A stretch of DNA of 64,000 nucleotides from an uncultured Elusimicrobia bacterium. Its GTDB lineage: Bacteria > Elusimicrobiota > Elusimicrobia > UBA1565 > UBA9628. The DNA lies in assembly GCA_964510095.1 (NCBI GenBank), contig CAZEAE010000002.1, positions 22,639 through 86,638 on the forward strand. The letters run 5' to 3'. How positions within the stretch are numbered: the first letter of the stretch is position 1; each line of letters begins with the position of its first letter. The notes under the pieces were generated by a model. The model saw only the letters and a program-made list of their open reading frames with translations. It searched no databases and had not been told where the DNA came from. A program made the translations under genes and the position numbers. Shown here piece after piece: positions 63,878 to 64,000 of this stretch.

Positions 63878-64000
63878 TTGGGACCAAGGATCTCGGGGTT
63901 GCGCATGGCCCCCGCGGCCGTCTCGCGGGTGATGATCTTTTTCTGATAGAGGTTCTTGATCGAGGCATCCTTCGATATCATGCCCGCCGACATACCGGAC
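63874..64000 (-). CDS. 3' end of an upstream gene; C-terminus resembles PilT/PilU-type retraction ATPases (partial)
   Basis: Translation ...SGMSAGMISKDASIKNLYQKKIITRETAAGAMRNPEILGPK* resembles the PilT C-terminal motif (LYxxGxISxExAxxxAxNP). Stop overlaps the next gene's start (ATGA). Only 42 codons are visible. Confidence 0.3.
   Translation of the reverse strand, partial: SGMSAGMISKDASIKNLYQKKIITRETAAGAMRNPEILGPK

Overview
High-GC (~68%) bacterial chromosomal segment, taxon unknown; I found no rRNA, CRISPR array, integrase or prophage. The ORF track is full of long antisense and alternate-frame ORFs caused by GC bias, so I called genes from recognisable protein families, start context and gene-to-gene coupling. 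Every boundary I read from the line labels, whether a start codon, stop codon or site, is quoted as position +/- 1 nt, because one label-versus-track disagreement of 1 nt exists near 8040.

Positions 1-19286 form a minus-strand housekeeping block:
- secD (partial), yajC and aquaporin Z.
- An oxidative-stress operon (dps, a Fur-family PerR-like regulator, a 2-Cys peroxiredoxin) with a Fur-box-like palindrome and a terminator.
- H+-pyrophosphatase, an OmpA-like protein, two polytopic GT-C-like membrane proteins flanking tgt, and a secreted trypsin-like protease.
- An oppositely oriented vapBC toxin-antitoxin pair.
- A Trp-rich unknown protein translationally coupled to queA, a SAM-methyltransferase, a SpoIID-like protein, ruvB/ruvA/ruvC and yebC.

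Between yebC and a tRNA-Arg(TCG) sits a REP-associated tyrosine transposase (RAYT, an IS200-like HUH enzyme) flanked by approximately 40-bp inverted REP arms. A further REP palindrome of the same family lies at 1815-1877.

Plus-strand genes from 20.4 kb encode a HEAT-repeat protein, a thermolysin-like (HExxH...ExxxD) metalloprotease with a PPC domain and a T9SS-type C-terminal sorting domain, a FadL/PorV-like outer-membrane beta-barrel, and a two-domain PPK2. These four are coupled by overlapping stop/start codons. An ABC transporter pair follows.

Next come typA/bipA, a large MscS-family channel, a CBS protein, an HD-GYP-like protein, a HEAT protein, pepP, an amidase_2/PGRP and uppP.

The two most unusual loci are:
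1. 40985-49182 (minus): an unknown 299-aa protein, a 1826-aa signal-peptide/C-terminal-TM giant protein containing a 35-residue Gly homopolymer and about 8 tandem 60-bp (20-aa) repeats, and a zinc-ribbon proline-rich membrane protein.
2. 49284-60340 (plus): a PAS histidine kinase, a secreted LysM protein, a 2341-aa cytoplasmic protein consisting of about 2100 residues of continuous charged coiled coil fused to a C-terminal HisKA/HATPase_c kinase core, a response regulator whose REC domain is joined through a TM segment to an extracytoplasmic W/Y-rich beta-propeller-like domain, a YtxH protein, a strong terminator and a stand-alone REC protein.

I regard locus 2 as the best candidate for an undescribed system. 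Three genes show sigma70-like -10 hexamers ending exactly 6 nt before the start codon with no Shine-Dalgarno sequence, suggesting leaderless mRNAs.
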